Made by a program: the position numbers and the translations under genes. This document shows, one piece after another, positions 10,045-20,111 of a stretch of DNA of 64,000 nt. The stretch is from contig CAWFFH010000006.1 in assembly GCA_963815095.1 (NCBI GenBank), positions 32,001-96,000 of the forward strand, read 5' to 3'. Under the pieces are notes generated by a model, which was given only the letters and a program-made list of their open reading frames with translations, was not told where the DNA came from and searched no databases. The stretch comes from Candidatus Bathyarchaeota archaeon (GTDB taxonomy: Archaea > Thermoproteota > Bathyarchaeia > Bathyarchaeales > Bathycorpusculaceae). Every line of letters begins with the position of its first letter. Within the stretch, counting starts at the first letter, position 1.

Positions 10045-11037
10045 TCAAAGATCCTCCAACATTGAAGCGATAACAAGCTCTAAAGAGCCTCTTTCTCTCT
10101 TGCTCTTTAATTTAGAGAGAGCTTGTATCGCTTCATTTTCTAACCTTTTTAAGTATTTCATCAATAAGGGAAGAGTATTCGTTTCTTGAATAATTTTCAA
10201 AAGCTCACGAGAATCATTTGAACTAATTTTATCTTTTGATAATAGTTCCCGAATTTTTGACGAATAAGCCTTGTTCTGAAGAGCATATAACAATTGAAGG
10301 GGAAGGCACCCATTTTTTATCCTATCAAATAACTCGTCTGGTTCAAAAAGATCAGCAAACTCTGCCCTAACAGCCAACAGCGTACCTAAATTTCTCCCAT
10401 AGACGCCCATTGCCTCGATTTCCTCTTCAGATCCGCCGCTAAAGATTGCACCTATTTTCATTCGACCTTCAATTTCTGCAGCTTTCTTAGTCAAAACCTG
10501 TAAATATGTTTCCGGCTTCACACTCCGACGTATTTTTTTCAATTCTATTTCAGAGATATGAGCGTTTACAACTTCAGCCAAGAAACTATTCATAATCTTC
10601 ATTATTAGATCCTGACGATCATTCGGTAATTTTGAAATACATTGATGAAGATAGTAGAAACTTCTTGTCATATACTCATCACCGATGAGCAAAGTGGTTT
10701 CTAGACCAAGTTTACCATAGGGAGTCTTTATTTTCTTTTTAGACAATGATCCATCAATTAAATCATCATGAATATCCATAGTAACATCAATGAATGATAA
10801 TGCAACTTGCAAAGGCACTATGTCTTCCAACTTGCCACCAACTGCTTCACTGGCAATTGCAAGAACGCCCGGTCTGGTCGTATCCTTCCATCTAGAAATA
10901 TATTGTTCAATTGCTCTATCGATTTTGCCATAACCGAAATTATTTTCATTAACAAGTTGCTGAAAAATAGCAAGAGCCTTTTCGCTTTTTTGATTAAGAA
11001 GCAATAAAGCTTTTTCAGCTTTGTTTTCTTGAGTCAT
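10045..11037 (-). CDS. Polyprenyl synthetase-fold (trans-IPPS) protein with degenerate SARM; candidate ComQ-like peptide prenyltransferase
   Basis: FARM HDDLID intact. SARM position reads VRAEFAD, GKRxRP reads KDTTRP and post-FARM RRG reads KKK. Confidence 0.85.
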   Translation of the reverse strand: MTQENKAEKALLLLNQKSEKALAIFQQLVNENNFGYGKIDRAIEQYISRWKDTTRPGVLAIASEAVGGKLEDIVPLQVALSFIDVTMDIHDDLIDGSLSKKKIKTPYGKLGLETTLLIGDEYMTRSFYYLHQCISKLPNDRQDLIMKIMNSFLAEVVNAHISEIELKKIRRSVKPETYLQVLTKKAAEIEGRMKIGAIFSGGSEEEIEAMGVYGRNLGTLLAVRAEFADLFEPDELFDRIKNGCLPLQLLYALQNKAYSSKIRELLSKDKISSNDSRELLKIIQETNTLPLLMKYLKRLENEAIQALSKLKSKRERGSLELVIASMLEDL

Positions 11038-11226
11038 ATGGCTCTTATTGTGGGTAAATTGATATAATATTTTCGTAGCAAGAATTTTTGTAGAATTTAG
11101 AATTATTTTTTGACTGAGGTATGGTTGAATTCTTTTACAATCTGATATTATTCAAAATCATTATTTATGGGAATTATTTGTCGAATACAAAACTCTTAAT
11201 AGCTTTATTAATAATTCAACAGTTTC

Positions 11227-14109
11227 ATGAGCTCCAGCAAAGAAATTGAGGCTAAATGGCGTGGAAGTTGGGAATCAGCAGGGATTTTCGAATCAGATCC
11301 TGACCCAAAAAGACAGAAAATAATGGTTACTTTTCCCTTTCCATATATGAATGGTCCATTGCATGTAGGTCACACGTTCACAGCTTCCCGCGTGGATGCT
11401 TTCGCTCGATTCAAACGTATGCAGGGTTTTAATGTTCTTTGGCCTTGGGCTTGGCATTGGACCGGCCAACCGTTACTTGGAGCAAGTCAGCGTGTAGCTC
11501 GAGGTGACCAAGAATTCATCCGCGTCTTACGCGAAGTCGACGGTGTGCCAGAAGAGACAATTAAGAAATTCGTTGATCCCCTCTACATGGCTCAATATTA
11601 CACTGATGAAGGACGCTTAGCCGTCAAAGGCATAGGCTTCTCGGTGGATTGGCGACGAGAATTTACAACCGTTATGCCTACTTTCCAAAAATTTGTTGAG
11701 TGGCAGTATAAGAACCTTAAAGAAAAAGGATACGTCACACGAGGTACTCACCCAGTCGTTTGGTGCCCCAAAGACAAAAGCCCTACAGGCGACCATGACC
11801 GCCAAAGCGGCGAAGGCGTCACCCCCGAAGAATACACACTAATCAAATACAAACTCGAAAATGGCATCATTTTGCCAGCTGCCACTTTCCGACCAGAAAC
11901 CATCTACGCCATAACAAACATATGGATAAACCCGGAAGCCAAATACGTGGAAGCCACTGTAAATGGCGAATGCTGGATAATTAGCCAAGAAGCGGCAGAA
12001 AAACTAAAAGAACAGGAAAGAAAAATTGAAGTTAATCGGAGCTTCCAAGGCAAAGAACTCATCGGCAAAACCTTTGAGAACCCTGTCACAAAACTCAAGT
12101 TCCCAATTTTGCCTGGATGGTTTGTTGATCCCAAGACTGCCACGGGTGTAGTTTACAGCGTTCCCGCACATGCACCATATGATTGGCTTGCACTCAGAGA
12201 TCTTCAACAAAAACCCGAGGTTCTTACCCAGTTTGGAATAGACCCAGCAGTGGTTTGTCAGATTAAACCAATCTCAATTATCAAAGTTGAAGGCTTCGGC
12301 GATTTTCCTGCGATAGAAATAGTCGATAAAATGGGCATAAAAGATCAAAACGACCCAAAAGCTGACCAAGCTACAAAAGAACTCTACAAAAAAGAATTCC
12401 ACGGAGGAATCCTCAAGGAGAGTTGCGGTCCTTACGCTGGCAAGAGTGTGCGTGGAGTTAAGGATCTTCTTATCGAGGATTTTAAGAAGATGGGGGTGGC
12501 CGAAAGCATGTATGATTTGTCGGAACCCGTAGTTTGCCGCTGCATGACCCAATGCTTCGTAAAAATTCTCTCAGATCAATGGTTCCTAAACTATTCAGAT
12601 CCACAATGGAAGGAACAAGCCCACGCTGCCATCGCTCAAATGACAATTTACCCTGACTCCGCTAAGTCATCGTTCAACACAGTCATCGACTGGCTCCGCG
12701 AATGGGCGTGTGCAAGAACCACCGGTTTTGGAACGCCACTGCCATGGGGTAAAGGGTGGATAATAGAAACCCTCAGCGACTCCACAGTCTACATGGCGTT
12801 CTACACCATAAACAAACACATAAAACAACACAACATCAACCCACCGTCACTCAAGCCTGAAGTTTTTGATTACATATTCTACGGCAAAGGCAATTTGTCT
12901 GAACTTTCGAAAGACGTAGGAATCAAAACTGAGTTGCTGGATTCAATGCGTTCTGAATTCCTATATTGGTACCCATTTGACCTGCGAAACTCAGCCAAAG
13001 AACTTGTACCCAACCATCTCTCATTCTGCATCTTTCACCACGCAGCATTGTTTCCACCTGAACATTGGCCAAGAGCCATCGGCGTAAACGGCATGCTTAT
13101 GGTTGAAGGTCAAGGCATGCACAAAAGCAAAGGCAACTTTATAACCATGAAAAGCGCCGTCGAAAAATACGGTGCAGATGCAACCCGTTGCGGTTTATTG
13201 TTAGGTGCTGAGGGCATGGATGACCCAGATTGGCGAGCGGAAAACATAAGCGACTTACAAAGCAAGTTTACTGGGTTAATGGGTTTTGCAAGCGGCATTA
13301 TTGCGTCTGCCAAAAAAGAAGAAGACACAATGCTTGAGCGGTGGCTTCAGAGTAAACTTCAAACTCGAATAAAAGTGGTCACGGCGAGCTTAGAGGAACT
13401 TAAAACCCGAACAGCTCTGCAAGTGGCTTTGTTTGAAACTTGGAACGATTTACGTTGGTACATTCAACGAAAAGGCAACTCTGAATCTAAGGCATTGTGC
13501 GAAGCGGTTAAAGTTTGGCTAAAGATGCTTGCGCCTTTTGCTCCTTTCCTTTGCGAAGAGCTCTGGAACCAGACTGGTGAGGAAGGTTTCATTAGCGTTG
13601 CTTCGTGGCCAACTTTTGCAGCTCACAAGATTGATGTACCCGCAGAAGAGCAGGAGACCGAAATAACCAACTTAATGACTGACACATCCAACATCCTAAA
13701 AGCAACGAAAATAACACCAAAACGCATATGCTACTACACTGCTGCGCCTTGGAAATGGCAGGTTTACCTCAAAATCTTAGAAAAAACCGTGACTGGCGAA
13801 GCAAAAATTGGCGAGTTGATGAAGGAATTCGTCGCTGACAAAGACCTGAAACCTCACATGAAAGATATTGCAGGTCTGGTTCCGCGGGTGATTAAAGCTT
13901 TGACAAAAGTTTCAGGCGAGCGAAAAGTGAACATGCAACAAATCAAAATGGTGGACGAGAACGCCTTATTGATGGGTGCAGCCACTTTTTTGGGGGAACG
14001 CTTCAACGCAGAAGTATCAGTTTACAGCGAAACCAACCAAGAACGATTTGACCCCAAACAACGAGCAGCAATGGCAATGCCCTACCAACCAGCCATCTAC
14101 ATTGAATAA
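11227..14109 (+). CDS. leuS: Leucine--tRNA ligase (archaeal type)
   Basis: FPFPYMNGPLHVGH (HIGH), CP1 editing domain (ATFRPET, GVVYSVPAHAPYD), IETLSDSTVY and C-terminal AMPYQPAIYIE. Confidence 0.97.
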   Translation: MSSSKEIEAKWRGSWESAGIFESDPDPKRQKIMVTFPFPYMNGPLHVGHTFTASRVDAFARFKRMQGFNVLWPWAWHWTGQPLLGASQRVARGDQEFIRVLREVDGVPEETIKKFVDPLYMAQYYTDEGRLAVKGIGFSVDWRREFTTVMPTFQKFVEWQYKNLKEKGYVTRGTHPVVWCPKDKSPTGDHDRQSGEGVTPEEYTLIKYKLENGIILPAATFRPETIYAITNIWINPEAKYVEATVNGECWIISQEAAEKLKEQERKIEVNRSFQGKELIGKTFENPVTKLKFPILPGWFVDPKTATGVVYSVPAHAPYDWLALRDLQQKPEVLTQFGIDPAVVCQIKPISIIKVEGFGDFPAIEIVDKMGIKDQNDPKADQATKELYKKEFHGGILKESCGPYAGKSVRGVKDLLIEDFKKMGVAESMYDLSEPVVCRCMTQCFVKILSDQWFLNYSDPQWKEQAHAAIAQMTIYPDSAKSSFNTVIDWLREWACARTTGFGTPLPWGKGWIIETLSDSTVYMAFYTINKHIKQHNINPPSLKPEVFDYIFYGKGNLSELSKDVGIKTELLDSMRSEFLYWYPFDLRNSAKELVPNHLSFCIFHHAALFPPEHWPRAIGVNGMLMVEGQGMHKSKGNFITMKSAVEKYGADATRCGLLLGAEGMDDPDWRAENISDLQSKFTGLMGFASGIIASAKKEEDTMLERWLQSKLQTRIKVVTASLEELKTRTALQVALFETWNDLRWYIQRKGNSESKALCEAVKVWLKMLAPFAPFLCEELWNQTGEEGFISVASWPTFAAHKIDVPAEEQETEITNLMTDTSNILKATKITPKRICYYTAAPWKWQVYLKILEKTVTGEAKIGELMKEFVADKDLKPHMKDIAGLVPRVIKALTKVSGERKVNMQQIKMVDENALLMGAATFLGERFNAEVSVYSETNQERFDPKQRAAMAMPYQPAIYIE

Positions 14110-14388
14110 TTATGCATGGTTTTTTTATTACTCTTATTTAAGAAAGGATATGTTATTGGGGCAAGACTTTTGGTCTTTCTTGTTATTTTTTACAACATTT
14201 TTAGAGTAAAAGCTAGCGGGTACCTTGTCTATCTTTTTCCCCTTAAATTAAAATGGCAGATTCTTGAGCAGCATCAGTCAAAGATATATTCAAAAAAATC
14301 GTTGCACTTACTTTGTTAAACAAAGGTTTTTAATGCAAAAAATAATAAGGTTAGCCGAGTAAGCTCTAACGATAACGAGGCAAACAGT

Positions 14389-15669
14389 TTGAAACTAATC
14401 TTTGTTGCAATAGATGGTATGGGCGATATACCAATAAAGTCATTAGGTAACAAAACTCCCCTTGAAGTAGCCGAAACTCCCAACATGGATGCACTTGCCA
14501 AAACTGGAAAGACTGGCTTGATGTATTCGGTCAAGAAGGGTGTCGCTCCAGAGAGCGACGTTGCGGTTATTTCGCTTTTAGGCTATGACCCCTTCAAGTA
14601 TAGTACAGGCCGAGGCGTCATAGAAGCGGCTGGTGTAGGCTTGAAGATGAAAGATGGAGATTTAGCTCTACGATGCAATTTTGCCACATTGGGGAAAGGA
14701 AAAAACATACTTGACCGTCGAGTAGCTCGAAGTTTAAGCACTGAAGAAGCTACTGAGTTAACTAAAGCGGTAAATAAAGAAGTAAAACTGGAATCGTACC
14801 CTGCCACTTTTGAGTTCCGCAACACTCTTGGGCACCGGGCAGTATTGTTAATTAAGAGTAAAGCTAAGCCTCTTTCGAGCAATATAACCAACAGTGACCC
14901 CGCCTACACAATCGTTAACGGCATTGGTGTAGCAAAAGCTGAAGTTGAAATGATACTGCAAACCTGCGAACCTACAGATAACACCGAGGCAGCAAAAGTC
15001 TCGGCGGGGCTGGTAAACGAGTTCATAGAAAAATCACATGAGCTATGGGAAAATCACCCAATAAACCAAAAGCGCGCTGCAGAAGGTAAACTGAAAGCAA
15101 ACGTGGTCTTAACACGTGACGCAGGGCATTTGCTTCCAAAATTCTTCAACATAGATGAGCGCTACCACGTGGATTTTGCTTGTTTAGCGGACATGCATGC
15201 AGAACGCGGCATAGCTCAACTAGCGGGTATGGAGGCTTCCCTTCTTCCGCCGCCTTCAGGAAACCTACAGAAAGATTGCGAAGTCAGAGTAAAGGCACTC
15301 CTAGAAGCCTTGCCAAAGCATGATTGCTTCTACATTCACCTTAAAGGACCCGACGAACCAGGACACGACGGCAACTGCACACTAAAAACCCAGATTATAT
15401 CAGCCATCGACAAATACTTCTTTGGACCACTACTGAAGCAGATTTCTCTTGAAGACAACCTTATCTGCATAACCACTGACCACGCAACACCTTGCGCACT
15501 TAAAGTGCATAGTGACACGCCGGTTCCAGTGATGATCTCAGGAGACAAAATTATTGGTAGTGGCAAAGCAGTTAAGTTCAGTGAACGGGAATGTGCAAAA
15601 GGTAGCCTTGGAACTATAGAGCGTGGCTGTGAATTGATGCCTAAACTTATGGAGCTATTAAAAAAATAG
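14389..15669 (+). CDS. apgM: 2,3-bisphosphoglycerate-independent phosphoglycerate mutase (archaeal type)
   Basis: IDGMGD, KTPLEVAETPNMD, TGRG, HLKGPDEPGHDG and TDHATP motifs. Confidence 0.9.
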   Translation: MKLIFVAIDGMGDIPIKSLGNKTPLEVAETPNMDALAKTGKTGLMYSVKKGVAPESDVAVISLLGYDPFKYSTGRGVIEAAGVGLKMKDGDLALRCNFATLGKGKNILDRRVARSLSTEEATELTKAVNKEVKLESYPATFEFRNTLGHRAVLLIKSKAKPLSSNITNSDPAYTIVNGIGVAKAEVEMILQTCEPTDNTEAAKVSAGLVNEFIEKSHELWENHPINQKRAAEGKLKANVVLTRDAGHLLPKFFNIDERYHVDFACLADMHAERGIAQLAGMEASLLPPPSGNLQKDCEVRVKALLEALPKHDCFYIHLKGPDEPGHDGNCTLKTQIISAIDKYFFGPLLKQISLEDNLICITTDHATPCALKVHSDTPVPVMISGDKIIGSGKAVKFSERECAKGSLGTIERGCELMPKLMELLKK

Positions 15670-15923
15670 CCCACATTAATTTCTTTAAAAAAACAATTTT
15701 CCTATTGTTTTGTAATTAGACAATATGTTGCTTTATAAGGTTTTTTTTGGACAATTTTGTGATTAATTGGTTTTACCCGAATAATTGTTGTATGATCACA
15801 ACGCTTACGAGCATTTTGTTGGACATTTATCAAAATTTACCCTTCTATTCAATGCGAATGTATAGTTTAAATATTTGTTTGACAAAAATGGGGGATAAGC
15901 AATCACAAAGGAAGGGAAGAAGG

Positions 15924-17216
15924 ATGGCTGTAAATCCAGCGGACATAGCATGGGTTTTAACGTCAACAGCTTTGGTCATGTTGATGACTCCAGCCTTGGC
16001 CTTCTTTTACGGCGGTTTAGTGCGCAGAAAAAACCTCGTATCCACGTTGGTCCAATGCATTGCCATCTTCGCCGTTGTAAGCCTCGTGTGGTTCTTCTGG
16101 GGTTACAGTCTTGTTTTCGGACCAAGCGTCGGCGGAGTCATCGGAAACCTGTCACTGGTCGGCTTAAACGGAATAACTGTGAACACCATTAACACTACAT
16201 ATGCACAAGGAATTCCTGAAATCTTGTTTTTCGCATTCCAACTAAAATTCGCAGCAATCACCCCCGCACTCATTATCGGTGCCTGCGCAGAAAGAATCCG
16301 CTTCCGGTCCCTTCTAATCTTCGTCATCTTGTGGTCTACACTCATTTATTCACCAATCGCGCACTGGATTTGGAACGCCAACGGCTGGTTACGAGTTTTG
16401 GGAGCATGGGATTTTGCAGGCGGCATAGTAGTACACGTTGCAGCTGGATTGTCGGCGCTAGCGGCTGCACTTATTGTTGGTAGACGTAAGGGCTGTGTCT
16501 ACTGGAAAGACCAAATGAAAGCTTTAGACCACAAAAACCCAAATGCACCCGCCATGGGCACAGAGTTTAAACCAACAAACATTCCTTATGTGATTCTGGG
16601 CGCAGGACTGCTATGGTTTGGCTGGTTCGGATTCAACGGCGGAAGCGCACTTGGAGCCGACAGCATCGCAGTTTCCGCTGTCGTTGCAACTAATCTGGCG
16701 GCGGCTGCAGCGGCAGTAAGTTGGATGATTCTCGATTGGGTTATCAAGGGTAAACCATCCGCAATTGGAATATCGGTGGGTGCAGTTTGCGGCATGGCGG
16801 CGGTTACGGCGGCTGCGGGATACATTAACTTCACAGCAGCAGTCATCATCGGGTTGGCAGCGGGTATAATTTCGAATTTGGTTGCTAATTGGCGTGCAGG
16901 ACGCTCAAGAATCGATGATACACTTGATGTTTTTGCCTGCCATGGCATAGGCGGAATCATCGGTGCAGTAGCAGTTGGTTTGTTTGCCTCCGTCGCTGTT
17001 AACTTTACAGTCACTAACGGCTTATTCTATGGAAATCCCGCGTTACTTGGCATTCAAGTGTTAGCAGTGGTGGTTGTAGCGGCCTTCGCATTCTTCGGTT
17101 CTTATGCGCTTTTGAGGGTTGTGGATTTGTTCTCTCCGCTACGAGTGAGCCCAAAAGAGGAAGATGAAGGCTTAGACATGAGCCAGCATGGAGAAGAAGC
17201 ATACAACCTCGACTAA
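15924..17216 (+). CDS. amt: Ammonium transporter (paralog 1)
   Basis: LMTPALAFFYGG, DFAGGIVVH, WFGWFGFNGGS, DDTLDVFACHG and GLDMSQHGEEAY. Start revised to ATG 15924. Confidence 0.96.
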   Translation: MAVNPADIAWVLTSTALVMLMTPALAFFYGGLVRRKNLVSTLVQCIAIFAVVSLVWFFWGYSLVFGPSVGGVIGNLSLVGLNGITVNTINTTYAQGIPEILFFAFQLKFAAITPALIIGACAERIRFRSLLIFVILWSTLIYSPIAHWIWNANGWLRVLGAWDFAGGIVVHVAAGLSALAAALIVGRRKGCVYWKDQMKALDHKNPNAPAMGTEFKPTNIPYVILGAGLLWFGWFGFNGGSALGADSIAVSAVVATNLAAAAAAVSWMILDWVIKGKPSAIGISVGAVCGMAAVTAAAGYINFTAAVIIGLAAGIISNLVANWRAGRSRIDDTLDVFACHGIGGIIGAVAVGLFASVAVNFTVTNGLFYGNPALLGIQVLAVVVVAAFAFFGSYALLRVVDLFSPLRVSPKEEDEGLDMSQHGEEAYNLD

Positions 17217-17334
17217 GTCTTTGTCTTAAAATCTATAACGTTTGATTTAACGATAGGCGACTTATACTTCATTTAGCGCCCTTCATAATCGCTATACAAA
17301 TTGTTTTGAGTTGTCAATACGTTGTAATTCAGTC

Positions 17335-17385
17335 TTGGTCAAGAAATATTGACTAAAAGCTAATAGTTAGTTCAGAAACCTTGAC
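17335..17385. promoter_or_regulatory. Two GTCAA-N6-TTGAC-type palindromes
   Basis: GTCAA gaaata TTGAC at 17338-17353 and GTTCA gaaacc TTGAC at 17370-17385, the second followed by a TATA-like TTTTAT at 17394. Confidence 0.55.
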
Positions 17386-17495
17386 AAAAAAGGTTTTATT
17401 TTCAATCAACCGAACGTAAGTCAGATCAAACGGTAAGAACGCATGCGGTTGTTTGCAAAGATATATGAATAAAGAACAAGAATGGGGTAGCATAG

Positions 17496-19130
17496 GTGTG
17501 GATAGGTATTAAACAGCGGACACTTCTCTGTTTACTTATTGCAGCCCTCATAGCTGTTTATTTTCTGAGCGTACAGGTCGCACCAGCCAGCTCCTGCTTC
17601 GGCCCCTGCATAACCGCAGATATAAACAGCACACAAGTTATCCTCAACGAAACCGTCACAGTAACAGGACAAGTCTGTCCGCCTGAAGAAAACAAGACCA
17701 TTAGAGTAGCTTTCACCCGTCCCGACTACACTTACGTGGAACAATATGCTCTCACAGACCCCGTGTCAGGCAATTTTACGGTTACACAAAAACTTGACAT
17801 GTCAGGATACTGGAATATTTTTGCCATTAACGGACATATCTGTGACCGATTATTCGCGCAAGTAACTGACCCAGCAAACCCTAATGCGCCGTTGCCAAGC
17901 CCCAGTGTTCCATTAAATTATAAACCTAACTATGCCGTTATCGGTGGAGCTGCAGTTTTATTAAGCATCGGTACAATTACGCTTCTTTTTGGGACCCGAA
18001 ACAAAACTCGAAAAATAAGTTCTCTGCGCTTGTTTGTTCAAATAGGATTAATCTTTGTCATATTCTTCGGTATCTTCGTTGACCATTATGGCTTTCCTGT
18101 GCCTGCTGCGCAAATTGACCCTCATGAAGTAGACATTTCAACCAATGTGCTTGGCGTGGGTATGCCTGATGGGTTGCCTGCTCCGTTTTTTGGCTGTTAC
18201 TATCCATGCGGAAGAGTGGCAACTTGTGCGTTATGGCAGATTCAAGCCTACATTTACCCTTTCTTTACGACAGGGGGTGGTTGGGGCGTACACTATGATT
18301 CTACTGGGCTTGCGCGATTAGCGATAGTTTTTGGCATTATCATTTTGGCAGCCGTTGTTCTAGGGCGTGTCTGGTGCGGTTGGGTTTGTCCATTCGGATT
18401 ATATGTGGACTTGATGACGCGTCTACGAAAAGCGCTAAAGATAAAACGTCGCAACTTTTCCGACAGGTTTAACCAGCGTTTCCACCAACTAAGCTACGTC
18501 ATCTTAGCTCTACTCATCATTGTAAGCGTAGTTTTTGCTTCCCAAGCCATCGCAGGCACCCAACTGGTAGCGGGAAGCCAAAAAGGCGGATTTGTCTATA
18601 CCTATTTCTCAACACCATTCTGTCAAGTTTGCCCTATGAAACCTCTCTGCGTCTTAGCAGAAACGGGCGTTGGTTTAATGAAGCCTCAATGGATAACCCA
18701 GAACACCACAGGACAATTCTGGCAGCTAGGTCAGTACATAACCTCAACCAATCTCATCATTCTGGGTGTAGTTACGGTTGCCGCGTTCTTTTTCCGTCGT
18801 TCATGGTGCCGAATTTGTCCTCTTGGTGGCTTAATTGCTCTTTTCAACCGTTTTCCTCCCTTCAAATGGATCAGTGGCGTACACCTAAACAAAGTAGAAG
18901 AAAAATGCACTAAATGCGGCATTTGCAAACGGGTTTGCCCCACTCAAGTAAAGGAGGTTTATGAGCAAAAAAGCGGCGACGTTGCATCTTCCCAATGCAT
19001 CTTCTGTCTGCGCTGCGTTGAGATGTGTCCTAATCAGAATTGTTTGCAGTTCAAGTTTTTCGGCAAAACTTTAGTTAGATCAAGGGATTGGTTAAATAAT
19101 TCGAACAATGTGAAGGTGGATGGTGAATGA
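17496..19130 (+). CDS. Membrane polyferredoxin (NapH/MauN/NosR-like) with N-terminal extracytoplasmic Ig-like domain
   Basis: Signal peptide, CGWVCP/CQVCP/CRICP motifs and two CxxCxxCxxxCP clusters. Confidence 0.85.
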   Translation: MWIGIKQRTLLCLLIAALIAVYFLSVQVAPASSCFGPCITADINSTQVILNETVTVTGQVCPPEENKTIRVAFTRPDYTYVEQYALTDPVSGNFTVTQKLDMSGYWNIFAINGHICDRLFAQVTDPANPNAPLPSPSVPLNYKPNYAVIGGAAVLLSIGTITLLFGTRNKTRKISSLRLFVQIGLIFVIFFGIFVDHYGFPVPAAQIDPHEVDISTNVLGVGMPDGLPAPFFGCYYPCGRVATCALWQIQAYIYPFFTTGGGWGVHYDSTGLARLAIVFGIIILAAVVLGRVWCGWVCPFGLYVDLMTRLRKALKIKRRNFSDRFNQRFHQLSYVILALLIIVSVVFASQAIAGTQLVAGSQKGGFVYTYFSTPFCQVCPMKPLCVLAETGVGLMKPQWITQNTTGQFWQLGQYITSTNLIILGVVTVAAFFFRRSWCRICPLGGLIALFNRFPPFKWISGVHLNKVEEKCTKCGICKRVCPTQVKEVYEQKSGDVASSQCIFCLRCVEMCPNQNCLQFKFFGKTLVRSRDWLNNSNNVKVDGE

Positions 19131-20055
19131 GGAGTTGAAAGCTCAGAAAAAAGTGGTGTACGCTCTCATTGTTTTAATGCTTGCTTCACTAGTCGTCCTG
19201 GCCAAACCGGCAAATTCCCAAGTGCCTCTGCAAACCATAGTTATTAACGCTGATGGCAGCGTTTCTCCAAGCACGGCCCCAATCCAACGTAGCGGAAATA
19301 CTTACACCTTCACGGGTAACCTGTACGCTGCAATCAAGATTTTCAGAAGCAACATTGTGCTCGACGGCAATGGTCATACTCTGAGCGGGCCATATAATGG
19401 GACTGCATCGGACATTTGGGTTGTTGGCAGTGGACCCGACAAAAGTACATTGGCCCAATACGTGATAGGTGTAGACTTATCTAGTAGCAGCGTAAGTGGG
19501 GTCACAGTTGAGAATCTCAACGTTTTGAACTTTAGCATAGGCATGTACATTTGGACTGCAAATGACTCGGTAATTGGAAATGTAATATCCAACAACATAG
19601 TTGGGCTTCTTGTTTCGGGTTCAAACATGACTATAACCGAGAATTACATATCAAGTAATATTCGGGGGCTCTTTTTTGGTTTCACAACAGGAGGTATCCC
19701 TGAGGACATTTACATTTACAACAATGACTTCGAAAAGAATGATATTCAGATGAACGGTTGTACCTGCAAAGAGCTGAACATGTCCGAACTAATTCACGAC
19801 TGGGATTTTGGTAAAATTGGAAACTACTGGAGTGACTACAACGGCACAGACACAATTCGCGCCGGTATAGGCGATACACCCTACATCATCGACGCTCTAA
19901 ACCAAGACCGCTATCCCCTTATGGAGAGCCCGATTAAAACTTCCATTCCAGCAGCAAAAATTCCTGTTGAAGCAATAGCTTTGGGTGTTTCTGCTATGGG
20001 AGTGGTTGTTGTGGTCGGGGCTGCGTTTGTTTATAGGCGAAAAGAGAAAGCATAA
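19120..20055 (+). CDS. NosD/CASH parallel beta-helix surface protein
   Basis: Signal peptide, [17 protein letters not shown]...GIGDTPY...DRYPLM and C-terminal TM plus basic tail. Overlaps the previous gene. Confidence 0.85.
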   Translation: MVNEELKAQKKVVYALIVLMLASLVVLAKPANSQVPLQTIVINADGSVSPSTAPIQRSGNTYTFTGNLYAAIKIFRSNIVLDGNGHTLSGPYNGTASDIWVVGSGPDKSTLAQYVIGVDLSSSSVSGVTVENLNVLNFSIGMYIWTANDSVIGNVISNNIVGLLVSGSNMTITENYISSNIRGLFFGFTTGGIPEDIYIYNNDFEKNDIQMNGCTCKELNMSELIHDWDFGKIGNYWSDYNGTDTIRAGIGDTPYIIDALNQDRYPLMESPIKTSIPAAKIPVEAIALGVSAMGVVVVVGAAFVYRRKEKA

Positions 20056-20111
20056 GGGCTGTTTGCGGTATTCTTTTATCTCAATTTCAATTAACAGTTG
20101 ATGTGATTTGT

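Noticed and set aside
9861-10076. Minus-strand 71-aa ORF between the prenyltransferase and MFS as the peptide precursor
   Set aside because: It starts inside the prenyltransferase gene and has no RBS-linked start. The plus-strand 17-aa ORF has a clear RBS and ATG.
15747-15923. N-terminal extension of amt paralog 1 in the ORF track
   Set aside because: It covers the promoter. Similarity to paralog 2 begins at Met 15924.
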